Assembly (NCBI GenBank): GCA_050273025.1
Contig: CP158635.1
Span: forward strand, 20,026,001-20,090,000
Length of the DNA: 64,000 nt
Direction: 5' to 3'
Origin: Cenococcum geophilum
Lineage: Eukaryota
Each line of letters begins with the position of its first letter. Position 1 is the first letter of the stretch. A program made the translations under genes and the position numbers. The notes beneath the pieces were generated by a model. That model was given only the letters and a program-made list of their open reading frames with translations, was not told the DNA's origin and made no database searches. This document shows, one piece after another, positions 1 to 12,621 of the stretch.

Positions 1-2255
1 ACACCAACTAGTTTCTCCGGTTCTTTCCCTTATTGAAAGGGGACCTGCGTTCCAGAAACTTCCCATAGAAAAACAAACGGCCCCGCCTCCTACTAGGAAT
101 ACCTCCTGGTCTGAAATGCCGACTGCACCAAAGCCCACCAGTAGAGGCCGTGGTCCATTATTCGATAATAGGTCTAAGCTCTTCACTTCGATGTTTCGCC
201 TAAGCCTGATGACCAGGAGCTCTTCCTTTGCAAAGAGTATCCGGTTTTTGGTAACTCCACCTATCAGCAATAGATCCTTTCCAAAAGGGACAAGATTCGC
301 CCCAAATCGTGGATAGCTTAATTCGGCGCAGATTGGTGTAACATACTGGCTTCGATCGTTACAGGAGATCTCTACTCCCTGGCCAATCCTCAACTCCCAC
401 TCCCAGATGTCCGAAATCAGCTTTCCATCAGCAGTCATACCGCCAGTGAGCACGCCTGTGACCACTGTAGTCGTGAATTCTCCAAAGGTAGCCATAGACG
501 CACCAAATCTTGCAGGTGGACAACCTCCACTCACTGAGACATTACGCCAACCTCGGTCAGGTTCCCATATTTTCCATTCATCTAGTGTACTTCCTGAGCT
601 TGTCTTGCCGCCAAATACAAGAACACCTTCAATGTCACTGTCCTCGTGCACAATTCGCACCCGCACTGCACAATGCCTAAAGCGGGCAGGTTCCAGAATT
701 TCTACCTGTTTCCAGATGCCGTCCTTGAAAAACCAACAGTTTGGGTTTGCATGATTTGGCGATGTTCGGCCACCCACCATGAGAGCATATTCATCTTTGA
801 TGGTGGTAATCGTATGACACATGTAAGCTTCCTTCGTCGGTGGCCCTTCAAGTGACTCGAGTCCCTTATTCGATCCTGTTTCTGCTTTTAAGTACGAGTC
901 AGCAGTCATCAGTCGGGTTTGTGCACCAAGCCCTCCATGGAAAGCTACAATGCCGCGCCCGAGACTAAAGGCAGCACCGAAGCGACGTCGATTACCGGAA
1001 CCATTTCCAGAACAAGCCGCATAAGTGAATTCAAAGTTCGGGCTATCCAGAGCGGGTGGAATATTATTCCAAAAGGTAACATCGAGCACTTCATCGTTCG
1101 CGGATGCGACATTGGTGTGATTGAATCCACCCTGACAGTTCCTTGCGACCAAGAGAAAATAATGTCCCGAAAATAATGCAAATTCCTCCCATTCGTCAAA
1201 TGGCTCAATTAAATCTAACGCCAGCCTTTGCTCTTGAGAGATATACTCAGAATTAGCCCAGAGCTGCCACAAGTTTTGTACATGGACTGATGGCCAACCA
1301 GCCTCGACGAAGCGGCGATGCTGATCCTGCAATTTTGGGTAACTCGATATGCATCGAAGTGCCGTTCTGAGCTTTTCAAAGTGTTTGATCATCGTCTGTG
1401 CAAATGGATGATCAGGTCCATCGGGAAGGTATTGCTCTAGCAAACAAAACCGTGCTAGGTAAAATAGCTTAGAACACGAAAATTTGCGAATTATGGTAGA
1501 CGCTTACCGTCGTTAAAGGAGCTGGTCCACCTAATAAGAGAATTGGCCTCTTCAACGCCCATATACGTAATAGATACCTCTGCCACGAATAAGACCGATT
1601 GATTTGCAATGTCAAGCTTCCTTTTCAGCACTTGCTCGAGTACTTTAAGGTCTCGAAGATCACATCCCAAGGCAATGTATCTCTTGTTCCGAAGTAATAT
1701 AGGTGGCTCTGACATGCAACGTTTCTCGCCTAGAAAAGACTCCCGAAAAAGGCTACTGGCCAGAATGATGTCTCTCTTTTTGGCCACGAGCTGGGGATAA
1801 TCCACATCCACGAAGGTAGCATGATTGCATATCGAGGGGTATTTGTGCCAGAACTGAAAGGGTAAGGGGTCACTGGCGGTATGAGTGTCCAGGAAAAGTG
1901 GAAAACTGAACGATGCCTTTCTTACTCACTATCCACATCCTAGATTGATGACAACCTTCTCCTTTCCTGTATCTTCTTCCAAGAATTTCCGTACTACAAG
2001 CTCAATGGCTTGCATGCGTAACCAGTAGCCTCTGTTGATGAGTGGGTTGCGCCTGCGGAACTTCTTCACAAAGGGTTGATAAAAATCTGGCTCGCCAGGA
2101 TAATACAGCTTTGTAACGCTCTGCTTGGAGACAATACTGCTGTCATTTGTATTCATAATCGAATCATCCTGCTTTTCTTGATCCGGTTTCGCCGCAGCCT
2201 TCTGTGGCGCCTTTTTACTTGGGTCCTGGCCGGATGTATTTGGAGATAGAGACAT
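1..2255 (-). CDS. PPM2: Leucine carboxyl methyltransferase 2 / tRNA wybutosine-synthesizing protein 4 (LCM domain plus Kelch repeats); 3' end runs off the window
   Basis: ATG at 2255. LCM motifs IMNTNDSSIVSK, RRNPLINRGYWLR, INLGCG|YDPLPFQ, DVDYP, LGCDLRD, AEVSITYM, HPFAQTM, EPFDEWEEFALF. GT-AG introns at 1929-1873 and 1507-1455 restore the frame. Kelch-like GG motifs follow downstream. Confidence 0.9.
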
Positions 2256-2686
2256 ATTGGGATTGGTATGTTAGATGAGAGAGTATTGGCTATTTGTGCC
2301 GAATGATGACGGCTTTATTGACCGGTAGCTTTATGAGAAATCTGATTTACGTCATTTGTGATTTGCGTGGAATGACTGTGATGACTGTCAATGCACTCTC
2401 GGCTTTCCAAGTTTCTCCCGCCACACCGCGCTGCCCCACTCGAGCCGTTGTGGCTGGTGGCGTGGACGGAAAGCTTGGGCTCAGCACCTCCGCCTGGGCT
2501 TAGGCCAAAGATTTCGGCGATTTGGATACATCATTGCCGTCCATGTCGATTCTTATCATTCACAAATTAGCGCGGAGGTGACAACTAGTCGAGCCTTCAC
2601 TCCGCGTCTTGCTAAAAGCCTTCCCAACCTCCGCTTCTGCTTTGGCCGTCACCGCCGTGCCTGGAGCTCTTTGAGAGCAATCCATC

Positions 2687-4201
2687 ATGATGGCTATGAA
2701 CTTTGTAACATTCAACCAGGATCATAGCATCCTAGGTGTCGGTGCGCATATCCTGAGATCATGGTAGCAGTCTTCTAACGTTTGCTTCTTTAGGGACGAC
2801 CAAGGGTTTCCGGCTATACTACACAGATCCGTTCAGCAAATGCTTCGAGTCACAAGAGGGGGATATTGCCATACTAGAAATGCTCTTCTCAACATCCCTG
2901 GTGGCACTGATTCTATCGCCACGGGTACTACGAATTCAGAACACAAAAGTATGTGTCAGTTGGCTGCTGAAGGATAGATACCAATAGACTGACCCAGTCA
3001 GAGGCACTCAACAATTTGCGAACTAACGTTTCCAACACGAGTTTTGGCCGTACGGCTGAACCGAAAACGCCTAGTCGTCGTTCTGGAGGATCAAATATAC
3101 ATTTACGATATCAGTAACATGAATATGCTGTACACAGCGGACACTTCTCCTAACCCCAACGGTATGATAGCCGCCTTGCTTGGTGTAATTAAGCGTCTTC
3201 TAATAACTCATAGCAATTTGCGCTCTATCTCCCTCCTCAGACCACAATTACTTGGTCTATCCTCTGCCTATGAAAGCTGCACCAACTTCCTTTGCGCCCC
3301 CATCACACGCACCACCTGCTGCAAATCACATTGCGCCGACCAGTGGGGAGGTTCTGATATTCGACGCGACGAAAATGGAGGCCGTTAATGTAGTGGAGGC
3401 GCACAATTCCCCGTTATCATGCATAGCACTAAACAATGAAGGAACGCTTCTGGCAACTGCTTCAGAGAAGGGGACTATTATCCGTGTCTTCTCGGTGCCT
3501 GATGCGCAAAAGCTCTATCAGTTCCGAAGAGGCTCGATACCAGCTCGAATTTTCAGCATGTCCTTTAACTCCACCTCCACACTTCTCTGTGTCTCCTCCG
3601 CTACAGAGACTGTCCATATTTTCCGCCTCGCCCTCCCCAACGCAAGCCGGAGTAATAGTATATCTTCCCAGGTGAGGCCGTCCTCAATTTCCCGTGAGCG
3701 GAGCACTAGCCCAAGTAGTGAGGGAACAAGAGAGACCTCAGAGTATGAAGAAAGCACTACCGATGCCACAACATCGGAGAGGAAGCCGCTCAACCCCACA
3801 TTTGCAAGCATGATACGACGGACCTCCCAGAATGTTGGGAAAACTTTTGCAGCGACGGTCGGGGGCTACTTGCCTAGTGCTGTAGCAGAGATTTGGGAGC
3901 CGTCTCGAGATTTCGCTTGGGTCAAGATACCCAAGTCTTCCACAGGACCATCATCAGGCCCCATAAGGACTGTGGTAGCGCTAAGCAACAATGGGCCGCA
4001 AGTGATGGTAGTTACCAGTGAGGGGAACTTCTTCATATTCAACGTTGATTTGGAGAAAGGGGGCGAGGGGGCCTTGGTTAAGCAATTTTCGTAAGTTCCA
4101 TTTACCTCCAATATCCGTGGTCTAAGTAGCAGCGAATACTGATCACTCACAGTGTGCTTGAAGCGAATGAGCATCTCGGTCGCTCATTGATAGATGAGTG
4201 A
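2687..4201 (+). CDS. ATG18: Autophagy-related PROPPIN WD40 protein Atg18 (multi-exon)
   Basis: N-terminus [12 protein letters not shown]. Exons encode [32 protein letters not shown], the phosphoinositide-binding FRRG motif and WEPSRDFAW. Last intron 4091-4152, stop TGA 4199-4201. Confidence 0.95.
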
Positions 4202-4896
4202 AATTTCTTGGATTTGGCTGCAGGCACTCGTATTGTGATTAATTTTGATGTACTGGGTGGCGTGTACGGTGGTTAACTGTTATGCTTGCAAATTCGCCCG
4301 CTCCCTCATTTGTTTCGGCACTTTTTACTTAAGCGGGTAGAGCTGTGGTTTCAGCATTTTATGGCGTTCATAATCTTGCAGGGACTCACATTTCAGGGGG
4401 CCCTGGAAATTTGCAATGTGTATTACTGTTCGCTTGAGTATTGAATTCAGAGTCAAATGACTCCAAGTTTCCGTATCTGAAATACATGCGCAAGCCAATC
4501 GATACGCGATCGATTCGGCTACCGTCACAGATACATTTGGGTCAAGCCGTTGAAGAAAACCACAATAGAATACGCAAAAATTTTTTTATGGCTCCGCTAA
4601 GAAGGCCGTATTATAATCTTTTATAAGCTCTGCTAAACGACTCGAAGCCCTTCATTAAGGCATGGAAAGGGTAGGAAAGCTGGCTGGTAACGATTAAACG
4701 TACCGCTTCCGTTGTCTGCCTGGTAAGGCTGGCGTGGCTGGCCCACACCCCGCAGAACTCCGAGAGACACGGCCAGAAAGCTGTGAGTTCTAAATACATC
4801 AGACTTCTCAATCCCATTTCAAACCTACGACCTACGACCTATAACCTATGAATAATCTGTTATCATTCATTCCACAGTTCCACTTGGTCTGATATC

Positions 4897-6105
4897 ATGG
4901 TTCGACCAAACACCACCGGAAACCCGCTCGGTGCGGGTTCACTAGCAACCTTCATGGCTTTGAGTCTGCCTAAAGACGTGACACCACAGCTTAAGAACCC
5001 TTTTGATGCTATTGCACTTGCTGTGCACGCCGGAATGCTTGCTGTAGGCTTCAGGCTGGTAGGTCTCGGAGAAGACCACCGAGTTGGTACATTCCCTAGC
5101 TGCTCCCTTTGCATGCCCTACTGACAGCTTTTAGAGGTACAATCTGAAGCCAATGACTCACAACCTCTGCCATCAGAGTGGAATTCGGCTTCTTCCTATG
5201 CCTTTCGATATGCGCATTCGCAATCTTCAATGGAATATTTGGTCAAGGTGAACAGACTTGGTGGGAAAGCTGTCGCGTTCGGAATTGCTCTCGGCGATGA
5301 CAAGACTACCAACTTTGACGTAACCGTCAAGGACTACATATCCGAATCTTCCCTCCCCTCCACACCAGCGTCTTCCGATAGCTCCACCGAAGATGCTTCA
5401 AAAGCTCTCCAAGACGTCTTCATATCCCCCGGCCGTCTGACCGACCTGGGGGCGCTCCTAAAGATCAGTATCATCCAGAAACTTGCTCCAGGCCTGCGCA
5501 AAGAAGGATACGAAGATACAACAACACAAGCGGGATCTAGCGATACACGAGAGGGACACCGGCGACGTTCGCCACCGCCCCGTGAGCCCGAACGTCCTGG
5601 ATACAACCCTCTTGACCGCGACCCGCAGCCTGAACCAGCTCGACCTTATCCATTCAACGACCCGTTAGCCGTGCGCCCCGACCCGAGACGTCCGCTGCCA
5701 GAGCCGATGCCCGGGTTTGAAGACGAATATGAAATTAACCGACCGCCACGCGGCTTCGGGACGGGCGGTCGGAACCCACTAAATATTGGCGAAAATGATC
5801 TTTACCCTCCGGGCCTTGGCCCTCACGATCCCCTTCGACCTTCTTTTGGAGGAGGGCTTCCCCAACCAGGACGTGGTGGGGGTATGCACCCGACCTTCGA
5901 CGACCCGCTATTTGGGCGGCAGGGGCTGGGCGGAGCCTATGACCCAATGGCAACCCCTGGGGCTCGTTACGACCCTGTAGGGCCGGGAGGTACTCCTCGG
6001 GATGGTAGGATGGGCCCCAGATTCCCTGGTGGTAGTGGTGGTAGTGGTATGGGATGGAGGCCCCCAAATCCATTTGGCGGCTTCAGTGATGACGCATTCA
6101 TTTGA
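4897..6105 (+). CDS. PI31: PI31 proteasome regulator (PSMF1/Fub1 family)
   Basis: FP-domain segments AIALAVHAGMLAVGFRLVGLGE and YAFRYAHSQSSMEY. One intron 5087-5134. Pro/Gly-rich tail with IGENDLYPPG, GGMHPTFDDPLF and PGARYDPVGP. HbYX-like end (AFI). Confidence 0.9.
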
Positions 6106-9100
6106 ACGTTCGGCTCTATGGCTTAGGCAGGGTTTTAAGAAGTGTACGAAATGATAATGTAGCAATGCCTAGTTTACGATGATATGAAGCTTCAAGATTT
6201 GTACATGCGGGAACGAAAACATGTTGGCGCTAGTTAGCGCTGGCTTTGTTGTATTATAGGTCTAGTTGACTGCATCCCTAAGACGCACCTCTTCCCAAAA
6301 ATAAATAAAAAGGGTTGAAACAAGAATCTTAACGGCTTTGGATATTTACTATAACAGATGCTCCTCAATGTCTCGCTATTCGCGGTACGATCACATTCTC
6401 TATACGTGTAGCTAGCATTAATTCATGAACCCAGAGAATTTTGTGGATTATTGTAGTGCTAATGACGGTGTAATTTACACACTTTCAACCACTTTACACC
6501 ATAGATGTATTTTTCCTTCGTGTAGCCAGGTATATCACAGCATTTTTACCCTAATCACCAATGTACCTTCATTCGCACTTCTGTAGACCTACATCTAGCT
6601 TTTCAGGACCTTTCTTTCGAGCGTCGAATCTATTCTGCGACAGAACTTTACTGACGCGAGCGGTTTCCAGGTAGTGGCTACCTTGAAATGCCACATTCAC
6701 GATCTACGATGATCCACAAGTACTCAAGAGAAATCCCTGCGAGGTTACACAACGCTTTAGCGTGATGTTCCCTAAGGTATGGAAGTAGAGTATCAAGACA
6801 CTCAAGGCGCGTCAGAATGTTATATGGGAGTTGCACGGAGTTAATTTATGCCTGGATTTCGCTTTGTTGAAGCCCTTAACCTACAACCCTTCAGAAGTAC
6901 AGACGAGCACACTTTTGAAAGATTTGCCAAATAATGTTCGCATTTGTGGATATTTGATGGATCAAAAATTGAAATCTCTCGCTCATGAGTGATGAGAAGA
7001 CCACATTCAGTGGATTCTGCTGCAAACGGCCCCTTTTATGGTTCTATGCCTAAAAGCAGCAGAGAGCTGTTAGTGAACGACTGAGGTCAAAGTAGAGATT
7101 TGACTAACGGCGGCAGACGCACACTGCATACGCCTAAGCCACGGCACCGGGCTCCAGCGGCGGCGCCGGCGGGAGAGAGGCGCGCTGGGTAACGCCAAGC
7201 GCCTTTGTGCATGTGTTAAACGACGTGTTCGCGCTTACTGCCGCGCCCTAGCGCTTATTGGCGTCTGTTGAGCGCTTATGCAGCAAGGGCTCCGTGTGGG
7301 TCGGCTGCGTTTACTGCGCTGACGGTTTGGCACTGGAATGCAGGGGAAAATCCGCTGACCCTGGGTGCAAACAGTTATACAAGATGCATGCAATCAGCAA
7401 ACGAGCATATTCTAGAAAGCTCCTCGCGCCTACCACGAGGACATGTTTTACATATGGGAGACGAGGGTGCGCCTTCGGACAAGATGCAATGGACTGCTCC
7501 GCAGGATCGCCCTTGCTCATCTCCTGCTAGACCTAGCCATTGGTAAAAGGGTTGAAGCCCTAGCACCTAGCTGTCTTGGAGTTTACTGTGGGGATGGAAG
7601 ATAGGGGTGCTGGCAGACATCTAGGATTTAGAGGAGTAGCATATGAGGTGAGGCAACGGCTGGAACGTGTACTGATTTGTAGTGTGGGATTTTATATAAT
7701 TGATCCTCTTTGCTTCAATCTTACTTAATCGAATAGTCTGGGAGCAAAGGGTCCGGTGCATAGTCGCTGGCTCTGGGGTCTAGAATTCTGACCAGGGCTC
7801 CAGCGTATGGGGAATGGCTATAATACACGGCGAGGAGTAGTTTACGACGGTTGCAGATTGGAAATGTTGGAGATCATGAGTTTGATCAAAAACGTTTTTA
7901 AATATTAAAGAAAACGTTCCATATTTTAGCCCTACTTCAATAAAATTGGGGTTTGTGGTGTCTGCGAAATTAAACGTCTGTCTTGGCGCGGTTAGCTCCG
8001 CAGTCCTTGCGACTATCGAGTTTTCTTGTAATCGACTGGCACATTGATGGTCTAACTAGACATTCCGCATGTAGAGTATGTAGATGCTGTGGAGCTTATG
8101 CATGGTTTGCTATGGAACGGATAGATTCTGAATGATATCTTTTCAACGGGTTGTTTGGAAAGCTGCTCGGCAGACGAGGCCGGCTAACGGTTCAAGGCAA
8201 TTCCGAAAACGAGGTTCGTATTTGGGCTAATAGAGCTCAGGAGCAACTAGTCAAAATGTCTCCGGACTTTGATTAGATCTCTTGGACTAGGATCCGTTTT
8301 TGGCAGGTGGGTTTCGTGGGAAAGATTGATTTGTGGTCCAGGTTGCAGCAAATAATTTAGTCGTTGGCGAGGGAACAACGTTCTGCAGGCATTCAGTCCG
8401 TTGATCAGGCGGAAATGTGATGAGCTTGGATGTTGTTAACGCTCTTGGTTGGAGCGATCGTGCGAGGGGTGGCATTGGGACGGATGCGAAAATGTGGTTG
8501 ACGTGCCAGCACGGACATGCGGATGGCGTGAGTGGCAAAGATCCTCAATAGACATGTTTTGCAATCGCGCTTCAACCGAGTCAAGGCCCACCACGCATCA
8601 CCAAATCCGGCTGCAAAGTCCTGTCAGTTTACAACCTTAATAATGAGGTCAAGACTTGGCTTTCTGATCCTCACGGCATGAATAGCTGCTTTCCCAGTGC
8701 TCTATGAGTTTTTGTCAATCACGATCATCGTCGAATGGAGACAGCAAAACTTGCCTAATTGCCGCCCCATTGTTTCCACTCTACCGCGACCACTCGCACT
8801 GCGCTTTTTAAGAACGCTAGTTGGTGGCGCAGTTGGGGGACCCTCATTCGTCCTCTCATCGGATGAGATCGCCCTGAAAACGCGATTTGAGCTGTATGCC
8901 AAGAGCCGTTCGGGCAAGGCATCCAGATGGAGGACCGGTCCGCATATGCGAGGGCATCGCGCGCAGGCTTCGTCAGTCATGTGCTGCCGGGACTTCCATG
9001 TGGTGGATGAGGCTGAACGTCTACTCAGCCACGATGCCATCCGCTGCAGAAACGCAACGGACCCGAACTGGACACGTCAAACCGAGCACCGAACCAACTA

Positions 9101-10395
9101 GCACTGGCGGGGGAAGTCTTCTTATTGCATGAGGTGTTGGGCAGGCAACATAACCAACACCAACAGATCAGCCAGGGATAGAGCAGGAATGCATGCGTGT
9201 ATCAATTGGAGAATCCCAGGGTATGCCGTTCATGGCGTTAGAGCATGACGCGAGGCGAGCGCGAAGCTGAATGTATCGATTAGGATAGGCAGCGCTAGGC
9301 ATCCAAATTCAGCTTCCTGGGCCAGATGCATGCAGCATGCAGAGATAGGGGTGTTTGAAGCGAGATGCGTCTGGGTGGACGCCCTGGAGCGCTTCCGGCC
9401 CGTCTGTCCATGCCAGATTCATCTCGGCCTAAGCGCGCTGATTCGCGTTCGAGAAAACGGATGATCCATGCACGCTGCAGAGGAATGGATCCGTTACAAA
9501 CAAGAAAGCAGCATGTAGAGAAGTCCGGGCATAGGCGCTGAAGTCCTGACACAAACCCAACGAAGCAAAAGCCGCATACATCAAAACACAGAGACCCTTG
9601 CGAAATAGACTGCCGTTTTATTCCGGCTTGCAGAAATGAAAGGAGGTGTTACCATCTATGGCGCCGTTAACGCCGAGCTAATGCTGCCATACCACTGGTC
9701 CAGTGAGAAACTGCAGCGTCTATCAACAAGCACAATTGTCCTTGATGTGCTGCACTATGCGTTAGAGCGCAAGAAAGCGGCTGCTCTTCCTCCTCTCAGC
9801 CAATCTGGAAGTGAGAGGATTGCAGCGGGCCAGCGTCTCACGAGACGGCTGGCTCATGCATGAGACTACATTGCAACATAGTCATTGCGCTGATCCCTGG
9901 TACGCGGGGTCGGCATCCCTTGTTGACAGCAGCGATGCCTGCTTCCCTCGCACTGTCAGGGCTGTGAATCCTTCGACAACCGTTCCGTCCTTCTGACACC
10001 TTGTCACTAGGTCAGTGCTGCCCGCAACCAAGGTCAGAGAACAGTGATGGCAGCGCACGTACCAGACGAGAAACAGACTGCGGAACTATTGATTTGAGTT
10101 ATCTCAATAACAAATACAAGAAAAGCGACCGCACTGCACGGCGCATGGCGACGTTTAAGTCGCAGGAACCCTGGGGTCAACCAACACCGAAAATGCCCAT
10201 TTCTTCAGTACTCCAGAATTTCCTGCGGTATTGCAGGATCCAATGCTGCCCAAGTAATTACTGCTGCCCACCCAACTGCGTGTCAAAACAGCCAACCCAG
10301 CGCAATGGTCGCCGATGCCTTCTTGGCACCTGCGACACACCATTTTCTTGTTTTGGAACTCTAAGCGCACCTAACCACCGCCTCGCTTTCAGACT

Positions 10396-11762
10396 CTAGT
10401 ATCCAGTAGGGCTTACCGGGAAACCATCATCCTTGAAAAGTGGTGTGGTCTGTGTCATAGGAGAAATAGGAGAGGATGAATGGATCCCAAAACTGCTTGA
10501 TTGCCGGTTGTGTGGGACGTCCGAATTTCCAATGGCCGTTGAGGTAGTCTCAGGAGACAGAGTTTGATGCATGAGCTCAAACCGTCGAGGGCAGCCATCT
10601 TCTTCGTGCCTGCTCCCTGTAATTAGCGCGTGAGCTGCGTGTTGAATCTCAAGTAGCTCACCTCCGAAGGGTATCTTTCCGCGCAAAGTGTGCATCGCAC
10701 GCAGAGCACTTGAAATTGCGAGCCTTGATGTGCACCTAAGGAGCCCATCAGTAATTTCCCTAGCAGCAGTCTAGACAGACTCACGCTCTGCTCATGCCTA
10801 AGCAGATCAGTCCTCCTAACGAATCTCCTTTCGCATCCAGGGTAAGGACAGTGATTCGGGTGTGGCCTTGTAGGATTGTGCGTTTGTAAATGGCTTTTGA
10901 GGTTGTAACTCCTTTGGAACAGCCTCCCACAGATTTGACAGGAAAAGTTCGCATTTTCCGGGGTGGTTGGATTCCTGCGTATCCGCGTTCTACCGACGGG
11001 TCCATTCGTATGCCCTCTCCTACCTGAACTCCTTCTCCTCCCAGTTATGTCTCTGAGACCAATGTGCTTCTCTTCAAACTCGCCTTGCTCTTCAAATGGA
11101 GACTCAAACTTGGTAAAGGCTGGCGAATCATACATATAGGCGTAGGGGAATGTCATCATAGAAAGGCGCCCTGGCGACACGGTTTGGGGTTCATGCCTTA
11201 TTCCATGGCTCGGCGACGAGACGTCATCAATAAGCCTCTCCCGTTGTGCTTCCAATTTCACCTTTGGAGCAAACCGCGTCTCTAGCTCCTCTTGGGAATA
11301 GTTTGACGCGTCGTACGAAGAGGACAGCGATGATCTGTGAGAAAGAGCATGACCACCTGAGGGGCCCGGCGAATGTTGGTTATCCATAAGTCCCGCGGAA
11401 GGATATGAAAACGAATTGTTCCATGTTAAAGGCGAACGAGAAACGGGCGGTTCGTAAAGACTCGGCCAGGAGTCTGTATGGGCCTCCGTCACAAGAGGAG
11501 ATGTCCTGCAAGTAAGGTGAGCTACCCAGGACTCTGTGGGTTGCGGAGAAGGCGGATATAGAGTGGTATTGCTTTGGGCTGCGGCTGCGGAGAGCGGTAA
11601 CGAGTAATTGTATAACCCAAGACCATCTGGAGAGTAGTTCACGGTATCAGAATCGCTTCGAGCCGGAGAAGGGTAAGTAGAAGATTTCCCGAGTGTGGGG
11701 CATTTCATGGAGCGTTGAAATGGGGGCATTGTGGAAGGCGAAGGGTGGGTTGATGGGTCCAT
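10396..11762 (-). CDS. C2H2 zinc-finger transcription factor (three fingers)
   Basis: Fingers CQICGRLFQRSYNLKSHLQTH, CPYPGCERRFVRRTDLLRHEQSVH and CSACDAHFARKDTLRRHEEDGC after removing introns 10784-10736 and 10661-10610. Ser/Pro-rich N-terminus; first ATG at 11762. Confidence 0.88.
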
Positions 11763-12621
11763 GTTGTTAGAGTTAGCAGGACGGAGGCGAGTCAGGTGCC
11801 AAGGAATGGCAGTGGGTGGTGGGGGAGTGCAGATGCTCAGGTGAGTATTGGCTGGAACGAATGTGGAGTGATGGTAGGTAGATTTATATAACAATAAACT
11901 GCAGTTAAGTGGACGGCAAGATGTGATGGCTTTGGGAGTGCTGGGCCGAGCTATAAATCTAGGCCATTCAGCAAAGAGAACAGCCTCAATGAAAAGAACA
12001 AGTTACAGGTATTTACAGATGTTGCGGCGGTGTGGTAAAGCAGAACGAGGCAGACTTCGGAGATGAGAGAAGGGTACCCTAGTCTGCTCCAGCCGCGGGC
12101 GGCAGGCGTCAATGAGCGCAGCTGTTCTCGAAGGGCCAGTTGAGGCTGCGCCGGTGCAGCAGCGGCCATGTCGCGCAGGAGCGGCACTGCAGCGACATTG
12201 CAGTAGAGGAGAAACGCTGCTAGGAGATGCTGGGCTGGGCCCCTGCTCGGAGGGGGAAGGTGCATGGGGAGGGGTGAGGCCGATGCTCTAGCGTACCCGA
12301 GAGTCGGGAACCGCCCAGCGGTCCGAATCAGATTGCGCCAATTCACGCGCCTTCAAACTTAGCCGCAATCGAACGGTGAGAGTGGCCCCTGCATAAAGTG
12401 CGTTATGAAATTGTCCGCGCTTGGACAATCCCCGGCGGGGCCGCCCCATGCTAATGCATGCCAACGTTGATACTCTTCGAGGTAGTTACCAAACACAGTT
12501 GCCCTCGCGCGCTCCGAATGCAAACAGAAACGTGCAATTTGAAATGAGAAAGAGAAACGGACTACATTGGCTCGCCGCAATGAAAGCAACTCAGTAGCGT
12601 ATTGTGACCCATGGCCAGTGC

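Noticed and set aside
116..6165. Short antisense or alternate-frame ORFs overlapping PPM2, ATG18 and PI31
   Set aside because: They are shadows of real coding exons.
6200..10390. Many short ORFs in the PI31-C2H2 intergenic region, and a GTGATGA box-C-like motif near 8417
   Set aside because: No recognisable domains, no consistent exon chain, and no suitably placed box D or terminal stem; treated as intergenic.
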